Part shown: piece after piece, positions 51,596 through 61,262 of the stretch
Layout: the number at the start of each line of letters is the position of its first letter
How positions within the stretch are numbered: position 1 is the first letter of the stretch
Assembly: GCA_964367815.1 (NCBI GenBank)
Contig: CAYIYR010000001.1
Coordinates: 5,831-69,830, forward strand
Direction: 5' to 3'
DNA from: an uncultured Eubacteriales bacterium
Lineage (GTDB): Bacteria; Bacillota_I; Bacilli_A; RFN20; UBA1709
DNA length: 64,000 bases
Made by a program: the position numbers and the translations under genes
The notes under the pieces: model-generated
The model's input: the letters and a program-made list of their open reading frames with translations, nothing else
Told to the model about the DNA's origin: nothing
Database searches by the model: none

Positions 51596-52765
51596 TTTAT
51601 TAGTTACTTTGCTTTCAATGGCAGCTTTGCTAACGGCTTGGGCTACCAATTCATGGATAACCTTATTAAATGGTAAAGGAATAACATAATCGGGATGCAG
51701 TTCTTCTTTGTTGATTGAGTTAGCGATTGCATAAGCGGCCGCTAACATCATTTCAGAATTGATTTGACTTGCTCTAACATCTAATGCTCCTCTAAAAATG
51801 CCCGGAAAAGCTAAAACGTTATTGATTTGATTTGGAACAGCACTACTACCGGTTCCAACTATGTAGGCTCCAGCTTCCAATGCATCTTCTCTTGTGATTT
51901 CGGGCACCGGGTTAGCTAAAGCTAGAACAATTGCCTTTTTATTCATGGATTTAACCATGTCTTTGCTGACAATTTTACTGACGGAGACACCGATAAAAAT
52001 ATCACTATTTTTCATTGCATCTGCTAATTTTCCTGTTAGGTGTTCACGATTGGTTACTTTAGCCATCTTTTGCTTTACAGGATTTAAGTTTGGATCTCCT
52101 TCACAAATGATGCCTTTACTATCAACCATCGTGATATGTTTTGCTCCAAGGCTCAATAGGAAGTAAGCGATAGATACACCAGCGGCACCAGCACCATTTA
52201 TAACAATTTTAACATCTTCTATTTTTTTGTTAACTAGTTTGAGGGAGTTGATAATAGCGGCACCAGCAACGATTGCTGTTCCATGTTGATCATCGTGGAA
52301 TACGGGAATGGTGCATATTTTTTTAAGTTCTTCTTCAATTTCAAAACAGCGAGGAGCAGAAATATCTTCCAAGTTAATGCCACCAAAATTTCCTTGTAAT
52401 AAAGCGACAGTTCTAATTAATTCTTGTGGATCTTTACTTTTAATGCATAATGGGATGGCATCAACCCCACCAAATGTCTTTAATAGGGCACATTTTCCTT
52501 CCATTACGGGCATACCAGCTTCCGGACCAATATCGCCTAAGCCTAGGACGGCAGTACCATCAGTAATAACGGCAACTAAATTGCCTCTTCCTGTTAGTTC
52601 AAAACTCTTTTGTGGCTCTTTTTGGATAACTAAACAAGCTTCCGCTACACCAGGAGTGTAGGCGATTGACAATTCTTCTTTACTGGTTATTGGCATTTTT
52701 GGAACAATGTCTAATTTTCCGTGCCATTCATAATGCTTTTTTAATGATTCTTCTTTAATATTCAT
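51593..52765 (-). CDS. NAD(P)-dependent malic enzyme (short form)
   Basis: The product has the malic-enzyme N-domain and an NAD-binding domain (GAGAAGVSIA). Confidence 0.9.
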   Translation of the reverse strand: MNIKEESLKKHYEWHGKLDIVPKMPITSKEELSIAYTPGVAEACLVIQKEPQKSFELTGRGNLVAVITDGTAVLGLGDIGPEAGMPVMEGKCALLKTFGGVDAIPLCIKSKDPQELIRTVALLQGNFGGINLEDISAPRCFEIEEELKKICTIPVFHDDQHGTAIVAGAAIINSLKLVNKKIEDVKIVINGAGAAGVSIAYFLLSLGAKHITMVDSKGIICEGDPNLNPVKQKMAKVTNREHLTGKLADAMKNSDIFIGVSVSKIVSKDMVKSMNKKAIVLALANPVPEITREDALEAGAYIVGTGSSAVPNQINNVLAFPGIFRGALDVRASQINSEMMLAAAYAIANSINKEELHPDYVIPLPFNKVIHELVAQAVSKAAIESKVTNK

Positions 52766-52941
52766 AATCTGCCTCCGAATAATATAGTAATTATACCATT
52801 ATTTCTGATTAGTAAAAACCCTTCTTTTTTAGTCAAATGCACTATTTATGAAAATAAACCTTTACCATTTCTTTACTAGTGTATCTAGTAAGAATTATAT
52901 TTTATATGTTAAAATATGAAATAGTTAGAAGGAGTGAAACT

Positions 52942-53355
52942 ATGGCTAATAATCAAATGACTAAAGCGCGTGCCAAAAGATATTTAAAATCAATCAGAAG
53001 TTGGAAGAAGAAAAGAATGTCTATTACCGATTTATCCTTAGATGTTGGTATCTTTGAAGATGTTGTTCGTGATAACCTTGCAGCCTTTGATCCCATGATT
53101 AGAATGTTGCCCGATGTCAATGTTTTGGAATATGAAATTTTATTAGATAAATTTATCTCTGAAATAAAAGTTATCAAACCAAAACAGAAGCCAAAGAAAG
53201 TTGGCAATTACAAAGGAATTGGTGATTTTGTCTATAAGAACATGACAATTCCCGGTGGTATAGTTGATGCTTCTATTGAACTTAGCTTTGAACAAATTCA
53301 AGTTCTGAAAAAATTAGTGAATGAAGAATATAAAGCGAAAAAACCGTTGAAATAA
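52942..53355 (+). CDS. hypothetical basic protein (138 aa), first gene of the galU-PFOR operon
   Basis: RBS GAAGGAG precedes the ATG at 52942 (MANNQM...). The tracked ORF starts further upstream. I recognise no family. Confidence 0.45.
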   Translation: MANNQMTKARAKRYLKSIRSWKKKRMSITDLSLDVGIFEDVVRDNLAAFDPMIRMLPDVNVLEYEILLDKFISEIKVIKPKQKPKKVGNYKGIGDFVYKNMTIPGGIVDASIELSFEQIQVLKKLVNEEYKAKKPLK

Positions 53356-53367
53356 AGGAGAGGCATA

Positions 53368-54246
53368 ATGCAGAAAATCAGAAAAATAGTTATTCCGGTT
53401 GCGGGCTTGGGTACAAGATTCTTTCCGATTACTAAATCGATTCCAAAAGAAATGTTTCCCATTATTGATGTACCTACCATTCAATTAATCATTGAAGAGG
53501 CAATAGCAGCTGGGATTAATGAAGTAATCATTGTTAATAGCCGGAGTAAGCCTAGCCTAGAACATTATTTTCATAAAGATGAGTTATTGAACGCAGAATT
53601 GATGGAAAAAAACAAACAGGATCTTGTTGAAATGTTGAAAGGCATTGAGGAAAAGGTAAAAATTACTTTTACCTACCAAGACAATCCCCGTGGATTAGGA
53701 CACGCAGTATTGTGTGCTAAAGAGGCGGTTGGCAACGAACCTTTTGCTATAGCATTGGGTGATGATGTTGTTTTGGGAGATAGACCAGCAATTGGGCAAT
53801 TGATAGATTGCTATTATAAAACAGGCTGTTCTGTTGTTGGCGTTCAAACCGTTTCTTTAGAGAATGTAGTAAAGTATGGGATTGTGAAACCAGAAAATAT
53901 GAGTGGTCGTGCTTGCAAACTTATGGATATGATTGAAAAGCCAAAGGTTAATGAAGCACCAAGTCAACTGGCTGTTCTAGGAAGATATGTAATGACGCCG
54001 AAGATATTTGATTTATTAGAAACACAAACGGTGGGCAAAGGCAATGAGATTCAATTGACTGATGCCATTAGAAGATTAATTCCTTTGGAAGGTGTTTATG
54101 CTTATGATTTTGAAGGAAAACGCTATGATGTTGGCGATAAATTAGGTTATGTCATGTTAACGCTTGATTATGCTCTAACAAATAAAGCATATCATGATGA
54201 CTTGATTAAATATTTGAAAGAGATACTCACAAAGGAGGAATATTAG
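53368..54246 (+). CDS. galU: UTP--glucose-1-phosphate uridylyltransferase
   Basis: VIPVAGLGTRFFPITKSIPKEMFPIID matches the GalU signature. Confidence 0.9.
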   Translation: MQKIRKIVIPVAGLGTRFFPITKSIPKEMFPIIDVPTIQLIIEEAIAAGINEVIIVNSRSKPSLEHYFHKDELLNAELMEKNKQDLVEMLKGIEEKVKITFTYQDNPRGLGHAVLCAKEAVGNEPFAIALGDDVVLGDRPAIGQLIDCYYKTGCSVVGVQTVSLENVVKYGIVKPENMSGRACKLMDMIEKPKVNEAPSQLAVLGRYVMTPKIFDLLETQTVGKGNEIQLTDAIRRLIPLEGVYAYDFEGKRYDVGDKLGYVMLTLDYALTNKAYHDDLIKYLKEILTKEEY

Positions 54247-57200
54247 ATGAGTAAAAAGATATATAAAACAATGGACGGTAATGAAGCGGCTGCTTATGGT
54301 GCATATGCATTCACCGAAGTGGCAGGAATTTATCCAATCACTCCATCATCACCAATGGCCGAGCATACAGATGTCTGGGCATCAAAGGGACAACTAAACG
54401 TTTTTGGTAGTCCAGTCAAGATTATTGAGATGCAATCAGAAGGTGGCGCTGCTGGTACCGTTCACGGAGCTTTACAAGCCGGATCATTAGCGACTACTTA
54501 TACTGCTTCGCAGGGATTATTATTAATGATTCCAAACTTGTATAAGATAGTTGGTGAATTATTACCAGGTGTCTTCCACGTTTCTGCTCGTTCATTAGCA
54601 ACAAGAGCATTATCAATTTTTGGTGATCACCAAGATATTTATGCTTGCCGTCAAACAGGCATTCCAATGATTTGCTCACATTCTGTTCAAGAAGTGGCCG
54701 ATTTAGCTCCTCTTGCACACTTAATTGCGATTAAAGCTAGTGTTCCAATCATCCATTTCTTTGATGGATTTAGAACATCCCATGAAATTCAAAAGGTCGA
54801 ATTACAAGATTATAAGAATTTAGCAAAACTACTTGATATGGATGCGGTTAAAGCCTTTAGAGAAAGAGCATTAAATCCCCACACCAATCCAGTAACTAGA
54901 GGTGGAGCCGAGAATGATGACATTTACTTCCAAGGAAGAGAAGCACAGAATCTCCACTATGACAATGTTGTCAAAGTAGCAGATGGTTACTTTAAGAAAA
55001 TTTCTAAGTTAACCGGTCGTGAATATGCACCATTTGTCTATTCTGGCCATCCAAATGCCACAAAAGTAATTGTCGCAATGGGTTCTGTAACTGAAACTAT
55101 TAAAGAAACAATCGATGTTATGAATGCTAATGGTGAGAAAGTTGGCTTAGTTAAAGTCCACTTATATCGTCCATTCTCTGCCAAGCACTTACTATCTGTT
55201 TTGCCACAATCAGTTAAAAAGATTGCGGTTCTAGATAGAACAAAAGAAATTGGCGCCAGTGGTGAGCCATTATATTTGGATGTTGTTAGCGTTATTAGCA
55301 GAAGCAATAGAAACATTATGGTTATCGGTGGTCGTTATGGCTTATCAAGTAAGGATACACAACCATGCAGCATTAAAGCAGTTTATGATCATTTAAGTAA
55401 AAAGAATCCTTTCCATGGATTTACAATTGGAATTAATGATGATGTAACTCATCTTTCATTACCAGAAGATACATCTTTTGAAGTAACAAATGACTATACT
55501 TCCTGCTTGTTTTATGGCTTAGGCTCTGATGGAACCGTGTCAGCCAATAAAAATTCCATTAAAATTATTGGTGACCACACCGATTTATATTCCCAAGCTT
55601 ACTTTGCTTACGATTCCAAAAAAGCTGGTGGCGCAACTAGAAGCAACCTTCGTTTTGGAAAGAGCCCAATCAGATCAACCTATTATATTAAAAATGCCGA
55701 CTTTATCTCTTGTTCCTTAGATTCTTATTTATTCAAGTATGATATGTTAAGAAACTTAAAAAATGGTGGATCTTTCCTATTAAATACCACCTTTGGGGAA
55801 GAAGAAATCTTAAAATATTTGCCAAATAGAGTTAAAAAAGAGTTAGCAACGAAAAATGCGAAATTCTACATCATTGATGCAACTCATATCGCAGAAAAGA
55901 TTGGTATGGGTCGGAAAACCAACACCATTCTTCAATCAGCTTTCTTTAAATTGGCACCATCATTACTAAAATTTGAAGATGCTGTCAGATATATGAAAGA
56001 AGCTGTTAAGAAGGCTTATAGTAAAAAGGGACAAGAAATTGTTGAATTAAATTACAAAGCCATTGATATGGGTGCCGATGCCATTAAGGAAGTTAAAGTG
56101 TTACCAGAATGGAAGAGTTTAGAAGTTGTAAATAATCATGCTCAAGTTGAAGATGAATACTTTGATTATTATGTTGATTCCATTGAAACCTTAAATGGTT
56201 ATGATCTTCCTGTCTCGGTCTTCACCAAGAACGGATTACTTGATGGAACAATGAAGAATGATATTACCTATAAAGAAAAACGTAATATTGCCCAAGAAGT
56301 TCCAATGTGGAAAAAAGAGAGCTGCATTCAATGTGGTAAATGCGTATTTGTCTGTCCACACGCAACGATTCGGGCGTTCATGTTAGATGATAAAGAAGTC
56401 GCTAATGCACCTGAGATAGTAAAATCTGATTTAGCGGATGCCATGGGCGGACCAAATGTCAAAGGTCTAAAGTATCGTATCCAAGTTTCACCAGAAAATT
56501 GTGTTGGCTGTGGATTATGCGTTGTTGAATGCCCGGGTAAGGGTGGAGAGAAAGCTCTTGAAATGGTTGATGTTAAGAAACAAGCGGTTCAGGAAGCTGG
56601 TTCAGATTACCTTTATAAACACATTAAGTATAAGGAAGGTTTATTCCCAGCGACAACTGTTAAGGGTGTTTCCCTATTGAGACCATACTTTGAAGTATCT
56701 GGTTCTTGTGCTGGCTGTGGTGAGACTCCATATTATCGTTTGGTTTCTCAATTGTTTGGTAAAGATATGCTAGTCGCTAATGCCACTGGTTGCTCTTCCA
56801 TCTATTGTGGTTCTACTCCTGCTACTCCATTTGCAACCGATGATAAAGGACAAGGTCCTGCCTGGGCAAACTCCTTGTTTGAAGATAATGCCGAGTTTGG
56901 CTTTGGTATGAGAGTTGCAACAAATTATAAATTAAATTGCATTCGCCTAATTATGGAAAACAGCTTGAACAAGGTTGAACCAAAATTAAAAGAATTAATT
57001 GAAAAGTATCTTGCCAATCAAACCGATCGTGTTTTAGCAACATCATTAAAAGATGAAATGGTTTCTTTAATTAAATCCAGTAAATGTGTGGGAATTAAAG
57101 AAGTTCTAAATTATGAAGATGATATCGTTGATAAGTCAGTTTGGATTATTGGTGGAGATGGTTGGTCATATGATATTGGTTACGGCGGTTTAGATCACGT

Positions 57201-57774
57201 TATTGCTAATAGAGAAAATGTTAACATTTTAATTCTCGATACCGAAGTCTATTCTAACACCGGTGGCCAATCATCAAAGTCTAGCCAAACTGGTTCAATT
57301 GCCAAGTTTGCTGCTAGTGGAAAGAAAACAGCAAAGAAAGATATCGCCGCAATTGCTATGGCCTATCAACATGTTTATGTTGCCCAAGTCGCAATGGGGG
57401 CAAATCCAATGCAATTAATTAAGGCTTTGCAAGAAGCTGAGAGTTATGATGGTCCATCATTAGTCATCGCTTATTCTCCATGTATTGAACATGGTATTAA
57501 AGCCGGCATGAGTAATCATCAAATCACTCAACGGAAAGCGGTTGAATGTGGTTACTTCCCAATCTATCGTTATGATCCAAGAAAGGAAAAACCATTGCAA
57601 GTTGACTGTAAAGAACCAGACTATGATAAATTCAGAGAATTTGTTATGTCAGAAACTAGATTCAGTCAATTACCAACTGTTAATCCAGAGCATGCTAATG
57701 AGTTGTTAGAGCATTCAAAAGAATATGCAAAAGCTCGTTATGAACGCTTGAAAAAGATGTCTGAACAACAATAA
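54247..57774 (+). CDS. nifJ: pyruvate:ferredoxin (flavodoxin) oxidoreductase
   Basis: The 1175-aa single-chain PFOR has two 4Fe-4S ferredoxin motifs (CIQCGKCVFVCP, CVGCGLCVVECP) and a TPP domain (GGDGWSYDIGYGG). Confidence 0.95.
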   Translation: MSKKIYKTMDGNEAAAYGAYAFTEVAGIYPITPSSPMAEHTDVWASKGQLNVFGSPVKIIEMQSEGGAAGTVHGALQAGSLATTYTASQGLLLMIPNLYKIVGELLPGVFHVSARSLATRALSIFGDHQDIYACRQTGIPMICSHSVQEVADLAPLAHLIAIKASVPIIHFFDGFRTSHEIQKVELQDYKNLAKLLDMDAVKAFRERALNPHTNPVTRGGAENDDIYFQGREAQNLHYDNVVKVADGYFKKISKLTGREYAPFVYSGHPNATKVIVAMGSVTETIKETIDVMNANGEKVGLVKVHLYRPFSAKHLLSVLPQSVKKIAVLDRTKEIGASGEPLYLDVVSVISRSNRNIMVIGGRYGLSSKDTQPCSIKAVYDHLSKKNPFHGFTIGINDDVTHLSLPEDTSFEVTNDYTSCLFYGLGSDGTVSANKNSIKIIGDHTDLYSQAYFAYDSKKAGGATRSNLRFGKSPIRSTYYIKNADFISCSLDSYLFKYDMLRNLKNGGSFLLNTTFGEEEILKYLPNRVKKELATKNAKFYIIDATHIAEKIGMGRKTNTILQSAFFKLAPSLLKFEDAVRYMKEAVKKAYSKKGQEIVELNYKAIDMGADAIKEVKVLPEWKSLEVVNNHAQVEDEYFDYYVDSIETLNGYDLPVSVFTKNGLLDGTMKNDITYKEKRNIAQEVPMWKKESCIQCGKCVFVCPHATIRAFMLDDKEVANAPEIVKSDLADAMGGPNVKGLKYRIQVSPENCVGCGLCVVECPGKGGEKALEMVDVKKQAVQEAGSDYLYKHIKYKEGLFPATTVKGVSLLRPYFEVSGSCAGCGETPYYRLVSQLFGKDMLVANATGCSSIYCGSTPATPFATDDKGQGPAWANSLFEDNAEFGFGMRVATNYKLNCIRLIMENSLNKVEPKLKELIEKYLANQTDRVLATSLKDEMVSLIKSSKCVGIKEVLNYEDDIVDKSVWIIGGDGWSYDIGYGGLDHVIANRENVNILILDTEVYSNTGGQSSKSSQTGSIAKFAASGKKTAKKDIAAIAMAYQHVYVAQVAMGANPMQLIKALQEAESYDGPSLVIAYSPCIEHGIKAGMSNHQITQRKAVECGYFPIYRYDPRKEKPLQVDCKEPDYDKFREFVMSETRFSQLPTVNPEHANELLEHSKEYAKARYERLKKMSEQQ

Positions 57775-57782
57775 TAAAGAAA

Positions 57783-57808
57783 AACAAGTCCAACGGGACT
57801 TGTTTTTA
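57783..57808. terminator. bidirectional rho-independent terminator
   Basis: Hairpin AACAAGTCC-AACG-GGACTTGTT is followed by TTTT. Confidence 0.7.
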
Positions 57809-58819
57809 TATTGATTTTAGAAATTCTTCGACAGCGGATAGAGGTGTTGCCCAGGAACATACTAAGCGAACAAAGCTTGATTTATCATCAACCGCTCCCA
57901 TAGTAATAAAATTGAAGTTATTATTTAATCTTTCGATTAATTCATTAGTGAAAATCGGAAAAATTTGATTTGTTGGCGAATTATACATAAACTTAATTCC
58001 TTTTGAAGATAGACCAGTTCTTAATGCTTGAGCCATCTCATTGGCATGATTTCCTAACTCTAGATAGAGATTATTTTTCAATAATACTTCAAATTGAATC
58101 CCAGTGATAAATCCTTTAGCGGTTAGTCCACCACGTTGCTTAATCATGAAGCGGAAATTATCATTTAGTTTTGGATTTGCTATTACTAAAGCCTCTCCAA
58201 ACAAGGCACCATTCTTGGTTCCGCCAAGATAGAAAGCATCACATAATTCAGCGATATCTTGTAAAGTAATATCGTTTCCCTCGGCAACTAGAGCATTGGG
58301 AAGTCTAGCACCATCTAGATAAAGATATAGATCATATTTATCACAAATGTTTCTTAATTCCTGTAAATCTTTTTTACAATAGATTGTGCCATATTCCGTC
58401 GAATCAGAAATAAATACTAATTTAGGTTTGACCATATGTTCATCGGTATGGGTTAGGCATACCATCTCAACATCTTTAGCAGTTAACTTTCCTTCGTGGG
58501 TTGGGCAAGTGCAAATCTTGTGACCAGTTGCTTCAATCGCTCCGGTTTCATGAACATTTATGTGGCCATTGATTGGAGCTATAACTGCTTCAAAAGGTCT
58601 TAACGCTGAGGAAATGAAGGTTAAATTGGTCTGCGTTCCACCAGGTAATAAATAAACATGAGATTTCGGTGCCTTTATCATCCTTTTTAATTGCTTTTCA
58701 ACATTTAAACAATGTTTATCTAAACCGTATCCCGTATTTTGCTCGGTCGAATACTTCTGTAAAGCTTTCAACACTTTGGGATGAGCAATCTCGCTATAAT
58801 CATTTTCAAAACTATACAT
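57806..58819 (-). CDS. ltaE: low-specificity L-threonine aldolase (PLP-dependent)
   Basis: It belongs to the beta-eliminating lyase/threonine aldolase family, judging by MYSFENDYSEIAHPKVLKAL and the PLP lysine region GGTKNG. Confidence 0.8.
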   Translation of the reverse strand: MYSFENDYSEIAHPKVLKALQKYSTEQNTGYGLDKHCLNVEKQLKRMIKAPKSHVYLLPGGTQTNLTFISSALRPFEAVIAPINGHINVHETGAIEATGHKICTCPTHEGKLTAKDVEMVCLTHTDEHMVKPKLVFISDSTEYGTIYCKKDLQELRNICDKYDLYLYLDGARLPNALVAEGNDITLQDIAELCDAFYLGGTKNGALFGEALVIANPKLNDNFRFMIKQRGGLTAKGFITGIQFEVLLKNNLYLELGNHANEMAQALRTGLSSKGIKFMYNSPTNQIFPIFTNELIERLNNNFNFITMGAVDDKSSFVRLVCSWATPLSAVEEFLKSI

Positions 58820-58877
58820 TACTAATCATCTCCTGGTTAGAATATTATACTATATGATAAGTAAAAGAAAACAATAA

Positions 58878-61262
58878 TTAGACTAATTTTTTTATTCTAC
58901 TTTTGCTAACCAAGAAAGCCGCACTAGAGACAAATATAGTTATTGATAATATGCTTAAGGGAATAATGTAGTCGATGGCTAGTATTCCGCCATCAATCAT
59001 TAACATTTCATCAATGAGTGAATTAATTATTGTGCAGCAAGCAAAGCAGATTAGAATGGCTAATGCACTGGTTACGATGCTTCTTAATAAAGAGATAAAA
59101 AACCAAACCTTATTGATATCTTTATTGGTCCAACCCAAATGCTTAAGCATTATTATCTGTTTTTCATAGTCACTTATTTCTAGATAACTAAGCATAATAA
59201 TTGAAAAGAAGGAAATAGTAAGCATTATTAGTATAAGTACTGCAAATCCGATGTTGATTTTTCCAAGTAAAGAATTTAATGTTTCCATTACTTCATTTAC
59301 AGAGGAATATATTTCATAATTTGGATAGGTCAAAGCGAGTGATTCAACAGTGGAAGTAGCGGAATTTGGGGGAACTAGCACTAAATATCCGAGCGGTTTC
59401 ACTAGATATGGTGTCAAATTAAAATAATTTTCGTAGTATTTTAATGGCCAAGAAGGTTGCTGATATATCGCGTAATCATCTTCAATATCACTGATTCCAA
59501 CAACAGTTAATTCTCTACTAGAACCACGGTATTCTATCTCTATGTTCTGTTGGTTAATAAGATTGCCGAAAACTGCTAGCATTATTGATTTTGAAACCAC
59601 AATTTCATTGATATTTTCTGGATAACGACCAGCGATGAGTGAGGGCTTATCAATCTCAAAATAGATTATGGCATCACCGATTTTTTGATTAATTTTTAGT
59701 TCATTGTAATAGAATAAGCCATTATAATATTTTAGCCAAAAAGCATCGTTATTATCACTGAAAGGTAGACAATATTGATATTCACTAGAAATGTCATCAA
59801 TCGAAATTGTTTGATATTTTGATTTGTATATTTCTAATTCATCATTTTTAATAAAAACATAATCTCTTGTTTTAGACATCCAGACAATTTCATCTTCAGA
59901 CAAACTTTTATTGCAAAGGATTGTTTTGTAATCACTACTAGTTTGATCAAAAAAAGAATCGTTTAAGCGAACATTGGAATGAAAGATAGTAAAGTTTGGA
60001 TATTCTGTATCAATAAACACATCGATGATTTGGAGCGCTGTTTCAGTGCTTTCTATTTGAAAGACCATATTAATATTCTCATCTAAAATATATTCTTCAA
60101 GGCTGTCAATTGATAAGGCTTCTTCAATCAAATGAACCATTTCTGTATCAAGTGAAATAATCACGTCGGTATCCTTTAATTGTTCACTAATAACAATTGG
60201 ATGATGACCAAGAACAGAAGCATTAGTTACAAAAGGTTCGTTGTTTATATAGATTTCAATTTCACCAGCGAGAGAGTAATTATTTGCAAATTGAAGGGAA
60301 GGAATCTGCTGATTAATACTGATAATATCCTTTTTTGTAACATTATTCAGCTTGTTGTTGTTTGTAATGGATATGCTAGTTAATTCAGAGCTTGATCTGG
60401 TTTGGTCTTTGAAGAAGCCGACAAATCCTTTGCTGAGAGATATGGCGAATCCCAAGCATAATAATGCGGTAATGAATGATGAAATAAAGATCGATGTCTT
60501 CGCTTTTTGAGCTCGCATTAGTTTAAAGGCAAAGCGCAGAGCAGACAAAACTTTTATAGATCTTGTTGAACTAGTTATAGAGGGCGAGGTAATTTTATTC
60601 ATCTTGCGAAAGTTCTTTTTAGTCTTGCCATCATTAATTATTATTATTTCATCGGCATATTTTCTGGCTAAATCTTCATCGTGAGTAACAAATATAAGAA
60701 TTCGATTTCTTGCAAACTCTTTTAACATTTTCATAATAATTTCGGCATTACTTTTATCAAGTGATCCCGTTGGTTCATCGGCGATAATAAGATTTGCGGA
60801 TGTTGAGAAGCAGCGAGCAATAGCAACTCTTTGCTTCTCGCCTCCAGAAAGTTTCATAAGATTGGTTTTCGGAGAGCAACCCAAATTTAGATTTTTCAGG
60901 TTGTAAATGTAAGATTCATTTGATATTAAGTGTGGTAAAGAGATATTATCCTTAACTGAAAGATGTTCAAAGTTAATAGGCCTCTGATAGATATATGCTA
61001 CTTCATGGTTTAGATAGTTCTGCCTCTCTTCCTCTGAGAAATCTTTTAGGTTGAAATCATTATAGTAAACATCGCCAATGTAATCAGTATCAATTCCCGC
61101 AATAATATTTAAAAGAGTGGTTTTACCGCCGCCCGATGGACCAAGAATAGCATACGTTTTTCCCTCTTCAAATTGCAAAGAAACACCTTTTAAAATAGGG
61201 ATGGTATTGTTATCAACAATATAAGATTTTTTAATCTGCTTTAATCGTAGCTTATACATCAT
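58878..61262 (-). CDS. MacB-like fused ABC transporter: N-terminal ATPase + FtsX-type permease with large extracytoplasmic domain (794 aa)
   Basis: Walker A GPSGGGKTT, signature LSGGEKQR and Walker B LIIADEPTGSLD are followed by a TM helix, an N/I/Y-rich extracytoplasmic domain of about 400 aa, and a C-terminal FtsX 3-TM bundle. Confidence 0.8.
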   Translation of the reverse strand: MMYKLRLKQIKKSYIVDNNTIPILKGVSLQFEEGKTYAILGPSGGGKTTLLNIIAGIDTDYIGDVYYNDFNLKDFSEEERQNYLNHEVAYIYQRPINFEHLSVKDNISLPHLISNESYIYNLKNLNLGCSPKTNLMKLSGGEKQRVAIARCFSTSANLIIADEPTGSLDKSNAEIIMKMLKEFARNRILIFVTHDEDLARKYADEIIIINDGKTKKNFRKMNKITSPSITSSTRSIKVLSALRFAFKLMRAQKAKTSIFISSFITALLCLGFAISLSKGFVGFFKDQTRSSSELTSISITNNNKLNNVTKKDIISINQQIPSLQFANNYSLAGEIEIYINNEPFVTNASVLGHHPIVISEQLKDTDVIISLDTEMVHLIEEALSIDSLEEYILDENINMVFQIESTETALQIIDVFIDTEYPNFTIFHSNVRLNDSFFDQTSSDYKTILCNKSLSEDEIVWMSKTRDYVFIKNDELEIYKSKYQTISIDDISSEYQYCLPFSDNNDAFWLKYYNGLFYYNELKINQKIGDAIIYFEIDKPSLIAGRYPENINEIVVSKSIMLAVFGNLINQQNIEIEYRGSSRELTVVGISDIEDDYAIYQQPSWPLKYYENYFNLTPYLVKPLGYLVLVPPNSATSTVESLALTYPNYEIYSSVNEVMETLNSLLGKINIGFAVLILIMLTISFFSIIMLSYLEISDYEKQIIMLKHLGWTNKDINKVWFFISLLRSIVTSALAILICFACCTIINSLIDEMLMIDGGILAIDYIIPLSILSITIFVSSAAFLVSKSRIKKLV

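Noticed and set aside
51498-51689. A 63-aa ORF between pdaA and malic enzyme
   Set aside because: It overlaps the bidirectional terminator and the 3' end of the malic enzyme gene. It has no RBS and is likely spurious.
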